Source: Camelus dromedarius (taxonomy: Eukaryota). From it: a DNA stretch of 64,000 nucleotides. Below the pieces are notes generated by a model, which saw only the letters and a list, made by a program, of their open reading frames with translations, was not told the DNA's origin and ran no database searches. Made by a program: the position numbers and the translations under genes. Below, one piece after another: positions 38,263 to 50,875 of the stretch. How positions within the stretch are numbered: position 1 is the stretch's first letter; each line of letters begins with the position of its first letter. The stretch spans positions 69,256,001 to 69,320,000 of the forward strand of contig NC_087437.1 in assembly GCF_036321535.1 (NCBI RefSeq), given 5' to 3'.

Positions 38263-38890
38263 AAGAATTTTACTCCAAAATAGTCCAATATGGAAACTTA
38301 GACATGTGCTGGGCACAGAATGAAAACTCCAAATACTAAAGAAAAAAATAAACATATGATTAAAACACACTGAAGAAATGAGCTCATGTGAGAGAGAAAG
38401 GGAAAATATTCTTCAGAAGATCGAATTCCCTCAAACTGAGGGATGAGAGTTTTTTATTTATGGTCCTACTTCAGACTACTCTAACTTCAGCTTCTTCTGG
38501 AAAGCCGTTTCCTTCTGTTACATTCAGTAGGTTAGATAATTTCATTTTTCAGTATCCTATTACAGAATGAGTCTTATGAGGGTACTCTGAGAGTACATGC
38601 GGACCTATGATTAAAATAAATAATATAATTATTTTTGTGAAATTAAGAAGCATTTTGTTTCATTAGAGTTTGATGTTTGCACCTTCATAACGGTATTATA
38701 TTTTTCTTCACCCCTCCTTCCTTTTTTTCCTGTGAGCTGCCCTATATATTATTTTAACCTGAAGGAGATGAAGAATAAGAAGGAAATGAGAAAATGGGAA
38801 ATGAGACTAGAGGTAGTAGATTATGCTTGAGTCAGATTCTTTTTGATATAAGGACATATTAGCTCAGGCTTTGGGGTTTTCTAGGACTTC

Positions 38891-39095
38891 TTTTTAAAAA
38901 TTGTTTATTGAAGTGTAGTTGATTTACAATGTTAGTTTCAGGTGCATAGTAAAGTGATTCAATTATATGTATATGTACATAAATATATATTTTCTTTTCA
39001 GATTATTTTCCATTATGTGTTATTACAAGATATCAAATATAGTTCACTGTGCTATACAGTAGGTCCTTGCTGTTTATCTGTTTTGTATATAGTAA
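38891..39095 (-). mobile_element. Short 5'-truncated L1 3' end with TSD
   Basis: tttattgaagtgtagttgatttacaatgtt...gtgattcaattata...tgtgctatacagtaggtccttg; TSD taggacttc at 38882-38890 and 39096-39104. Confidence 0.92.
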
Positions 39096-39639
39096 TAGGA
39101 CTTCCTTATTCAAGACGAAATGAGTTGGGATAGGGTAGACCACACAAAGCTGTATTCCTAGATTTTAGAACCATAGAAAGTTTATGGCTGCCTCTTGCTC
39201 TCATTTCCTTTCTTAACCAATAATTCTGTTTTATTTTATTGAACTTTAGTGTAAAAGAGCTAGTCCTGAAGTGAAATCTTTCTGCTGTTACAATAAATAC
39301 TATGAACTATAATTGGGATATATTATGAGGGAACTATGATAAATCGTGCCCATCTGTAATTCTTTGGTCCTACCATAGAAGTAGGGAAGGACATTAGAAC
39401 AATGTGCTCAAGCAAAAGGAGGCTGCCTTGTTTTTGGCTTTTCTTTAAAAGACAAGCTGCTTATATCATATTAACTGTAAATATCTAGTACCATCTTGGA
39501 GTCTTAATAACACTGTAAGTTGATGACTTTACCCTCTGTCCTTGATCTTCATCCTGGATGCTATTACTTAGCTTGTGACTGTCTTCTCCTTCTCCAGGAG
39601 AAAATCATTCAGAAGCAGAAAAGTCACATTTTGCTCTTT

Positions 39640-40360
39640 GCCTTCCATTATCTGCCGTCCCCACCAATAACATCCGAGTGTACATTTCTGTTCATTCTGC
39701 TTCAGCATCATATGGACATCCACCTTTAGGTACCATCAACACCATTGCCTTAGTTTAGGTCCTTATCAGCAATCATCAGGACTACTATATTAGGATCCCT
39801 AATGTTCTCCATCCCCTAGACTCATACCAAAATTCATTTCTCCTAACTGCTGTTAGAGAACTCTTTATAAAGCCTACATCTGACCTTCTCGTTCACCTGC
39901 TTAATATCCTTTGTCTTGTCTTCATTTTGGATGATTACAAGCATGTCATACAGACCCATGCCTCCCTGCTCAGTTTTCTCTCCCATAGTTCCCCAACCCA
40001 CCTCTTAGCTCATGTGACTCACTTATTTTCTCTTGGACTCCATGTTGTTTCACAGTGTTTTCCTGTAGTTTCTGTTGTCTGTGAATTCTTCTTCATGTCT
40101 GAATGTTCAATTGGCTTTCACTTACTAAGAAAGCTTCCCTGATTATGAACGTCCCTTCCAACCCCAGGCACATCACTACTTACCCCTTTTCTGTATACCT
40201 TTGTATCTTATCTGTTTTTCTGTGGTTATAAGTATATTATGTTGAACCATTTACTCATCTGTTTCTTCTCAATTTACTCTTGACTCTCTGAGGCTCTTAT
40301 TGGTCCTTAGGTCCTCAGGGTGTGGCACATAACAGTAGCTCAATATCTTTGTTGAACTGC
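39640..40360 (+). mobile_element. L2 LINE fragment
   Basis: ccattgccttagtttaggtccttatc...ggactact...actgctgttagag...cctgcttaatatccttt...aagcttccctga...tggcacataacagtagctcaatatctttgttgaa. Confidence 0.8.
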
Positions 40361-43300
40361 ATAAGAACAACCTACTAGATAGGCAGACCAAGCTGACTTA
40401 GCACAGCCAATGAGAGAACACATATGTTATTAACCATGCCACATTTAACAAGGTAAAAATTATTTATGACCTGTTCACAATTATTCTTGGGAAGTTTGAT
40501 ATCTGCTTTGCCCCTGATCTCACTCCTTCATAGGTATTACCCTAGTCCTGTCATTTAGTGACCTTTCACCCACTTTCAAGTGATGCCAGCCCTTAAATTC
40601 TTTTGGCTGTTTTAACACTTCCATCATTTCACACTTGCTTCTCACAATGATAGAAGAGATAACAACCCAAATATCACACACTGTGTAAAAGATTGCTCTG
40701 TGCATCCAGTTGTTAAATCTGTTGTGCTCTGGGTGTGCTTGTGCCAGTCTGCACATACAGATTATTCGCTTGCAGAGTTAGTGACTGTAACATTTTTGAT
40801 TAACCTCTCTGTACACTTCACAAGCACTTACTCTGGGCCATGTTCGGATCAAGAAGATGCCCTGAATCACTGATATGTTGCTGGATATTTGTTGATATAG
40901 TTTTTACTAGTGTGGAATAATTCAGCACTCTTCAAATTCAAGGAGAGTCAAGATGGCATATTTTTCTAGTTTTATTTGTTTTTATCTCAGATATAATAGA
41001 CATTGAATTACAAATCAAAAAAAAAAAAAAAGGAAAGGAAAATCCATTAGAGATTAGTTATGTTATACTCTGCCTATATGCCAAAATTTGTCTATTTATA
41101 GACACATATTCAATCCTTTGGTGCCAGGTTAGCCAGTCCCTTTAAAGTTTACTTCTTCAGTGTTTTAAATGTGAAATAAGCAAAATGATGCATATCTTTC
41201 ACGTATGTTTTAAACTTTAATGACATATGATGACATTTGGAAATTTTCTCAAAATATTATTTTTTTCTCTCAAATATCTCTTCTACAAGAGGCATGACTT
41301 CTGTAGTTTACTTGTTTCAAGCCAGAGACAGCTTAGCCCTTCACTTACTATTTACTGTCTCTCAAGATGAAGCCAGGCATTTGCATGAGACTAAGAACGC
41401 CTCTTTAATTGTTTTATTTTCAGTGTTCATGGGCACACATTAATTCTAGAGTTCATGAAAAAATGAAGGTAAAAACAAAAACTAACTCAGAGTATATATA
41501 ACTTAGAACTTAGGACCACTGAGAGCCAGATGTCAAAATAGTTCAGAATTCTCAATTCTCAGATTTAGAAAAATTGTACGTTTACTTGATAGATCGACAA
41601 ATATGTATATGACTAACTCGTAAATGCATCCTTCCCATCTTGTATATTCTAATGGAAACACTGGGAGATTGTTGTTACCAAAGTGTCAGCTTTCTCCCTA
41701 CGGTGCTATTGGCTGTCCATCTAACCATCCATCCATATAAATATTCATTTTATCCCACAACTACTCATTTATCTCCTACTGTGTTTCATGGATGAAAGGC
41801 ATTTTAGAAGAATCACTTTAAGAAAAAAAAAAACAGACCTGTTAAGTTCAAATGGCTGTTATATTTTATCATAGCAAACACATGGTAAAACATGATAGCC
41901 ATTCAGGCTTATAAATTGAATAGTATTCATATTTTTAGTGAGAGGTATGTATTCAACAGCCCACGAAAAGTTATGAAGTACCTCTGATATGTCAGGCAAT
42001 ACATTAAGCATTGATGTGCTGTCCTGCCTGTTGTAGAAAGTTAGCAGATTGGAGGGGGTCTTTACATAAACTGGATTATGTAAGGAGGAGTTTTTAGAGG
42101 TGATTGCTGTTAAAAATAACTGTTGGGGAAAAATTTATTTTAGGGGCTTAGAAAGGTGAAGGCTGAGAACTAGGTAATAGAAGAAGGAGCAGATAAAATG
42201 AGTATACTTACAGAGGGGTAGTGAATTACAGGGGAAAAAAGTTACTTATATACAATTTTGCCTAATGCTAGCCTAGGCATGCTCATTTGGAAAGAAACAT
42301 TTTTCTGAAAATGTGCCATGATAAACAAACTGAACACATTATTGAGAATGCTGCTGGCAATTACCATCACAAGTGGACCTCTTTTGTTCCATTATTGGGT
42401 CACAGTTATCAGAGCCTTCGTTTCAGAACACATTTCTTTCTTCTTGACAGAGTGCCATGGTCTCTACAATATGTGAGCATGGAATTAATATGTGGAACCA
42501 CTGGTCTGTTACAAAGAAGAGACTGAACTGGAGGATATACCTATCCTCGTCCACTTGAGCTGCTCTAGGTAGTGGAAATCTGGGTGAATCCTCACCATTT
42601 TTCTTTAGGAAAGCTTTTCACTGGGGAGGAGAGAAATACCAATTAGGATCCAATTGCCAGTTCTGTCAGGATAGCTTTGGATCAAGGAAATATTTTGCTT
42701 GCTATCTATCTTTGTAAGTTCTAAAATTATAATTTTATACTTGTATTGTAATTTTTTCATTCACTTTATAAAGCCTTCATTGCAAGGTTCAGCAGGAATA
42801 TTTTTATTATGAATATATGTATAAGGAATGAGGCCCAGTCACATTGCAAGTGACTCATCCAGTGAAATGCATAAATCTCAGGACAGTATTGGGAATACCT
42901 CCCAAACCCTTCGGGGTGGACAGCTTTCTCAAGAAACCATTTTGGGGAAGAGGTATGGTCTTGTAAATCAGCAGACAATTTACTTTCCTCTTGTATAAAT
43001 TCCAAGACCCCTGAACATTTGCCCAGAGCCCCCTCCACGTGGTAGTGTGGTCCCTCCTGTCCTGTGCGCTCTGGGCTCAGGCCCTCGGGGTCTGTGGCCA
43101 AGCTCGCTCTTTTGCTCTCTGTCTCCTGGCTTCGTCTGTTCAAGGGGATGGATGACCGAGGGCTGCTGCACAGCCAGCCTGCTCTCTCCCTTCACCTCTC
43201 TGCTAAATGGATGTGATCAAAGTGTGCCTTAGACACGGGAACCTAAATAATGGGGCTGCGTTTCCTTGTGGAGCTCAGTAATATTTACTGGGCCCAACAG

Positions 43301-45930
43301 CTTCATTTTCGTCAGTCTCCGCTGCATTAATGGCTGGCTTCAGGGTGGGAGGTAAGAAGGGAGGGAATGAAGAATTGCTGAGAGGGACTCAGGCGACGCA
43401 GCTAACGGATGGCCTTATTAGAGACACTCTCCCTGGGCTTAAGTGAAGTCTTTTTGTCTGAGTTGGCAAGAAGTGGGTCATTTTCCTGAGCTGTCGGGCT
43501 CAGTGCTTACTTGACTTGTGGCTGTAGATGCAGCAAGCTGTTGGCTTCCCCGCTGGCTTTTGGTTTTCTGAGATATTCTAATGGCCCAATCTCTCTAGGC
43601 CTTCCCAGAGCAGGACTGGACTTCTCCACAGATCATTTGTTTTTTTTCTGAGCTGTAGGCTGCTTCATAACACTGCCTGCCTCATGCACAGCTAGCCACA
43701 GTGGAGATCCCTGAATCTCTGCCCCAAGGCTGAGCTGGTCCAGTGGTCTGGTGGTTCAAAATACCTGGAGAGCCAGAGAAATATTGCTGAGTCTCAAAAA
43801 CATATGCATATCAAGAAACATCTTTAAGTAGAATAAAGAGCAGGCTCAACTCATGTAAGTATTACTATTATTTCCCAGTGTAACTACTATATGTGATGGT
43901 TAGTAAAATTGAAATTCATTTAAAATATTTCTGAATTTATAGCAATTCTCATCACTATGTAATTTCTCAATCAAATGGATATTGAAAGAATGGTCATGGT
44001 CCTGTGTGGTTCTGCACAGCCCTTTCATAATATAGTGTTTTCATAATATCTGCTAAGAATTTGCTCTCCATCAATACTATTCCCAGTATGTGACATGCTG
44101 TCTCTTGTAGACTCTACTTGTCACAGATTATATATCAGTGACCTTTCAGCATGTTAATAGGAATCCTTCTCCACCCACAGCTGCTATTTGGGAAAAAATT
44201 TGGAAGAATTCGGTCATTGTATTTACTTCTCCCACTCCACCAGTCCAAGGGGCTTGTGGGTAGTCATTCCCTAGGAATACTAAAGGGCAGAATTCTTGGA
44301 TGGTCAAAACACAATGCAATCTACAGTCTGTTACTTAGCAAGACTGTACTCTCAGTCTTTGAATAAGGCTGTATTATCCTGTCACTCTTGCTGGTTAAAA
44401 TTGAAAAAAAAAAAAAAAGTTTTGGTTCCATTCTCTCTTTGCTCCCCATACACTTTTCTTCCAAAGTCCCTAAGTGATCAACAGATATACACCACAATGT
44501 AAGGGGACATGCTGTTCAATTTTGAAAACCTCTAGAAAGATAAGTTGTATCTGTTTCTGCTTCTTGCACCAAGACTGTGACACAGGAGGGGAAGCTGCTG
44601 GGAGTGGGAAATAAACCAGTAACACTAAACAGCCTCTTGCAGATTTAAAAATTCTAACTGCTTAATTAAGCCTGACTTGAAAATCATTTCTGTCTCCAGC
44701 ATGAGGAAGAACAAAAAATAAAGTGAAACTGTGCCTTGAAATTACTTCTCAGAACACATGTAACATACTTGAATTATTAGATAAGGAAATAATTTTATGG
44801 AGCCAGGTTTGTTTTCCCCAAAATCATAGATTAATAACTGCATCTTTACAGATTGAGAACACTTAAATACATTTTCTACTGAATAATACTGCCTTGATTT
44901 CTTTGTGCCACTGTTCTTTCTTCCAACCCCCTCTTTCTCTTGCAAATCCCAGAAATCAGAGAAAAGCCTCCTAACTCCTAGTTTTTTTTCACTTCTGAAC
45001 ACACACATTTCTCAAACATATTCAGACATGTTGGAGCGAGCAGATATAAAGCTGCTGGTTTTAAGTCCATGATTTATTTGCTAAAACTGGGCATGATTTT
45101 GAGCAGAAAATTAGAGAGAGGAACAGAAGGAGAGTCTCTCCCTTCTGTCCATGGCTCTGCAGGGATTTCTGTTGGAGCCAGAAGAGAAGAATCAGACAGG
45201 AGGTTTCTTTCGCTTCCAAGAGATAGTAAGTCAATTGTTGCGTTATATTTTAGGTAGCTGCGTCTGCAACAAAAGCACAATGGAAAGCTAGATGGATTTA
45301 TAGATAGATACCTAGATGGGTGATAAAGAGAAATAGAACGTACATTGAGGAATTGTGTCACAGAATGCCTTTGGAAGATTATTTGACTGCCAGAGATGCC
45401 ACACATAAAGAAGATAAAGGAGATAGAGCCAATAAGCTGGAAATCTATTATGACTACAGCGTTGGTGGATTCTGGAAGAAGAGAAAAGGAATAGTAGGGG
45501 TATCACCAAAGAAGAATAATGAAGATAAAATTAGAAAACACTAGCCAAACTGAGATACTATGCTTTTTCCCCCTCCTGTGAGCTTAAAGGATACTTTTTT
45601 CAAAAAAGATAATTTTTAGCTCTTGTATTAAGGATAAAGAAACCAATATACAGATAAGTTTGTTGACTTTATCAATTTGTTTAGTGTGTCCTGCTATAAT
45701 GGTTTTTACTCTTAGTCTATCGATAAAGACATTTCCCAGGATAAGGCTGAAAAGAATAAGTTAAAGAGATTGAAATGTAGCGTGATACATGGTCAGACCC
45801 AAACTTAGCATTTAGATTTTAGGTAAATCAGTAGACAGAACCATAGGCAACATCATCACCTATACAAGAAAAATTTTTGGTTTTGGCCCCTAAGGAATAA
45901 CATGAAGACTTTATGTATCAGATAGAGTTG

Positions 45931-46454
45931 TTTTTTTTTTTTAAGTTGAAATATAGTCGATTTATAATGTTGTGTTAATTTCTGGTGTACAGCATAGTGA
46001 TTCAGTTGTACATATTTATGTGTGTGTGTATATATATATATATTCCATTTCATATTCTTTTCCACTATAGGCTAGTCCAAGGCATTGAATATAGTTTCCT
46101 GTTCTGTAGAGTAGGACCTTGTTTATCTATTTTATATATAGGAGTTAGTATCTGCAAATTTCAAACTCCCAATTTATCCCTCCCTACTTCCTTTCCCCTC
46201 TCGTAACCATAAATTTGTTTTTTATGTCTGTGAGTCTGTTTCTGTTTTGTAAATAAGCTCATTTGCATCAGCAACCTAAATGCCCCTCGACTGATGATTG
46301 GATAAAGAAGTTGTGAGATATCTGTATACACACACACACACACACACACACGTACGCACGCACACGATGGAATACTACTTATCCATAAACAAAGAATGAA
46401 ATAATGCCATTTGCAGCAACAGAGATGGACCTGGAGATTGTCATACTAGGTGAA
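45931..46454 (-). mobile_element. L1 insertion with 5' inversion (3'UTR and poly-A on minus 45931-46270; ORF2 C-terminal piece on plus 46271-46454)
   Basis: T12 tail at 45931-45942 then antisense L1 3'UTR to 46270; abrupt switch to sense gcaacctaaatgccc...gattggataaagaag...atggaatactact...aatgccatttgcagcaaca...atactaggtgaa. Confidence 0.9.
46327..46366. repeat. (CA)n microsatellite inside the inverted L1 segment
   Basis: acacacacacacacacacacacacgtacgcacgcacac. Confidence 0.9.
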
Positions 46455-46939
46455 ATACAGTTTATTTTTAAAAATTATCAAGCAGTATTTTCTTTAACAG
46501 ATGAAATATTATTTCATATCTCTGATGTCAGCTAGAGGGACTCATCACCCTCTGTTACCCAGGGCAGATTTCTTTGACTGTGCTAATGGTATTGAATCCC
46601 AAGGAAATTTGGTAGTCTCCCCAAGATTTTAGTGATTTAGATTAGAAGAACATTAAAAACTCCTATGGACTTAATCTTATAGTTTTCTTTGCCTCTGTGT
46701 TTTCTGTCTGTGTGTCTTCTCATCTCTTTCACACACTTTCAATTTAGATACAGAATTCAGTCTCTTCACTAAGATCCATACAAAATCCAGTCACAACATT
46801 TTGTTTGGTTTGTAGATTTTGCAGGTAATTTGGAAAGAGGATAAAACATGGTGCTCAGAATCCTGATGTTTTTCTTGCTATATTTTCCACATCTACAAGC
46901 AAAGACAACAGATATGAATTATGTGAAGGCATTTAGGAC

Positions 46940-47085
46940 ATGTGGCTTTTAGTTCAGATCTGCTCTGCTGGCTGTGGGATCTGGGGCTTGTCATTTAAGT
47001 ACTCTGGACTCTTGTCATTTGAGGTTATATCTGTAAAATGAAAAACTTGGACTATTTTTCCAGGTTCTTTTAGTTATAGATTTTA
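46940..47085 (+). mobile_element. MIR3-like fragment
   Basis: ttttagttcagatctgctctgctggctgtggg...gtcattta...atctgtaaaatgaaaaacttggacta. Confidence 0.65.
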
Positions 47086-50000
47086 GGGACCTCCATGGCA
47101 TAAGGGCTATGTCTTCCATTTTTTGGAATCCACCACAATGCTTAGTCTAATGTATGTACCTATGGGGATGGGTTATTGATAGCTATTTATGGCTTTCTTA
47201 AAAAATCCTTATTCTGACATAAACCTAACACCTGGTGAACTCCCTGGACGTGAAACTACTTCAATTGGACAAAGCAAAAACTGCTGTAGTGAAACAATGT
47301 TGTTCTGAGCTATTCTCATCAACTTCCCTTTAGTGTAGGATATTTACCACCAAAGTGAAGCCTTTAGGATTTAAATAATCCATAAAGCATAGCAGTTTTG
47401 TCATGTTCAATATCTAAGAAGAAAGTCTTCTTTATATTCAAAGTTCAGTAGATAATTAAATAAGGGAACAGATAGCAGATGCAATATCTGTCCATTTCAG
47501 GCTCTATAGCAGTTGATTGGGTTTGTTTGTATGTGTTTTGTCTGCAGTGACTATACTCATACCCATACCCATTGCATAATGTGGCCAGAGTAGCTCAATG
47601 TATCTAGTGCCCACAGGCATGGACCCTGTAAGCTCAGGGTGGGTGGCCTCTGCTTCTAAACTAGATCTTAATGTCCCATCCAAATTTCTGTACACAAGTA
47701 TGTAGGTTTCCTAGTGTGCTATTCTAAAGGCATACACATGCACAAATGCTCTCGCCCCCTTCTTAATCTGAGGCCTGAAACTTTAGGATTATGTTCTGTT
47801 TCCTCTTATCGTGTCTCATTGGTACAATTTTTATAGTAAAATATTCATAGGCTCTTCTTTCTAGGGGCTCTGGGGGTCAGTACATAATATCCCTTTGTTG
47901 TTCTTCTGAGTTCTGATCCAATTAACGCAGAAGACAAGTATATCCTCTAGTATGATAAGATGGTGATTTCTTTATTACCGGGAAAATCCACTGGAGATTA
48001 AAGCTCCGGAACTGTGACCAAAAGGTCGTGCTAATGCTTTCTGTCCCCTCTATCCCCTTCCAGGTTCCTCTGTCCCTGGTGTCTAGACCCTGTAACAGGT
48101 CATATAATAGAAAGTTTACCTCTATAGAATGGTCACACTTACCTAGAATTATAGATTTATGCTTTTCAAGATAGAGAAAGAATAAATACATTTCCATAGC
48201 TTGCCTTTAAGTGGAGCTTAGCTCTATCCAGTCAAGAAATGTAGATTTATGAATGTTGCCTGATATCCAAGTAATTCAATCTTAGAGAGTCAGAGACTGA
48301 GGCATCCCTATACTGGAAGTTCTTCCAGGTGGAAAACAGAAACCAAGGAAAGGAGGTTCCCCTCAGCATTACTTTTATTCAGGATTAAAAATTCCTCTAG
48401 TGTTGGCCAGATGTATGAATCCTTGAGAGTAGGACAATTGTGTGATATCAATTGTGGCCACTTTCTCTTTTTCCCTCAACTACAGGATATGATTTTCATG
48501 TCGTCTTTTATCACCCTCCTCCCTCTAGTATTTTATCAGTCTTTTGCATTCCACACAGGGGAATTCTTGTACCCCCTAAGGCCAGGAGGTAAAATGTGTC
48601 CTATTAATTTCTCCCTCCCTTGCCAATGAATTTTTCATTGAGCTTTGGGAAAAGAATGCAGGAAGGGCTGAGTAATAGCTCCAGCTCCTCTGATTTGGCC
48701 TGTATTTGGTATAAATGCTGTGAGTTCTGTTGGCAACAAATAGAATTTTTACACCCTCTGTCACCCTTCCTGACTACCCACCATGTCCAGTCACTACAGA
48801 CTTGAATGTTAAGTGCAGGTTACTTATGTTGTTTGATGTTAATGGTGAAATGGCTGGCCTGATTATATCCCACATCAAGTATTATCCAGAGAACATATAA
48901 ATTAACCTTTGATTCATAACATTTCTCAATATTTAAATTTAAATGGCAATCTAAGCTTTTAATGTTGTATATTATTTTTAATACCTTGAATCACAATAGG
49001 AAACATTGATTACTATAATGCTGAATCTGTGTGAATAGTATTTAAAAATCACTGCCACTATGGTAACCAAAAAAAAAAAAAAAACCTATTCTATGTTATA
49101 AAGAGTCTATTAAGGTTTTCTTTTTACTTCACATTGATTTCCACATGCTTTTATTCATTTCATATAAATGACTTTTCTGAAATAGAAGTGATTGTTTGCT
49201 TTGCTCCTTATTTCTTAATCTTAGAATATTCAAATGCTTTGGTAGACTATAAGACTCAGCAATCAACATTTGAAATAATTGTAGTAAAATCAGGACTCAA
49301 AATTGCATAGAAATATTGTTCCCCAAACATTGTCTTTCCAGCCAATTTTATGAAATTCAACCATGAATAGTTGGTAATCTTTATGCAAAGAATCCACTGT
49401 ATGGACTGGTCATAACCATTGCTCAATGTCAAGTGGTTATACTCCAGCTACCTACCATGGTCTAGATTCTTACACCCTGGAGTTAGCAGGTATGTGTGCA
49501 GTGGGTATAGGTTCAAGATGATGATGATGATGGTGATGATTCCTTCCATCATATATGCAATTAGTCATCCATTCAACCCCCTAAGCTAGACAACTAAACA
49601 ACTAGTGAAGTAACCCACCAACATCTACTGAGATCATTGTACATGGCACTGGTTTTATGTTGTAGGTCACCTGCAGAGAATAAAAGTGTGTTTTCTAGTG
49701 TGTGTGTGCTTTCAAATAATACATGCACATAGCTAAAAATATTTAAGTAAGAACAATCTCCTGCCTTATCCGCCCACAAATCCTACTTCCTGCTTTTACT
49801 GTTTATTTTAATTATTATGTTCATTAGCATCATATACCTCATAATGCTGTAAATAGATATATCAATTTTAGATATTACATATTAGCTTCATGTTGTAATA
49901 GTTAACACTTCTGGTCATTCAAACCATCCCCTAATTTTCCCAACTCAATATGCTTATACATCTATTCTCAGTTCTCTTTCTAGTCACTTCTGTATGAACT

Positions 50001-50764
50001 GTTTACAGCCAGATTTAAAACTTCATTTTTTTTTGTTCCATGAAGCAGAGACAATATTTCTTAACCCCTATTTTGTAAGTTAAGAACACTTGCATTTTTG
50101 CCTATCACTCTAGCTTGCTTCCTACCTTAAAAATATTTTTTTCATAAAAATAGGAAATAAAGTGTTATTGTCTTGTATTTGGGTAAGCCTCATAGTCTGC
50201 AAAATGTTCAGGCTTGGGAGGTTATCTTTAGGACTACTGATAGCCTTTATTAGAATTTGAAATGAAGGAGTATCCATATATGGGTATTAGCCACATCCTT
50301 CATAAGGTTTCCTGATGTGATTATAATCTGATGTTGGTACTGAATATTGAGTCCTTTGAAAGAGAAATCACCTTGGTGGCAGTGCCAGTAATAAGGGACA
50401 TTCAGAGGAGATATCCCAGCCTCACAGAATAAAAGGAAAAAAAAGATAACATGAACACTCTTTGAAGAAAATGATGATGGGTATAAAAGAGTGAAGGTAT
50501 TACAAGTGAAGGCCTCTGGGTTGGTGTTTGTTCATGACAAAGAAAGAAAATAAATGGAGAAAGAAATAGTTTTTGCTTTCTTTTGTTAACGTTGACACCA
50601 GAGGGTTCAAGAGGTAACCCTCCCGTAGGATAAGGACTTTAAAACGTTAATGTGATAGCCTTTGGATTATTGCACGTTTATATTATTTTGAGCTTTACCC
50701 TCACTTGCCCTTAGGTTCACTGTCTTGTAAATAAACACTTTCAGGACAACAGAGGAACTATGTG

Positions 50765-50875
50765 AGCAAACCATTTAACCTTGTGAGTTTTGGTTATCTC
50801 TTCTGGAAAATGAAGGTGGGGAACATGATCGTTTGTGAAGTCATTTTTTGCTGTAAATTTTATACTATGCATCAG
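50765..50875 (+). mobile_element. MIR3-like fragment
   Basis: gagcaaaccatttaaccttgtgagttttggttatctcttctggaaaatgaaggtggg. Confidence 0.65.

Noticed and set aside
39598..39729. 132-nt symmetric exon candidate behind a strong acceptor
   Set aside because: Largely overlaps an L2 fragment, the donor is weak and the peptide is unrecognised
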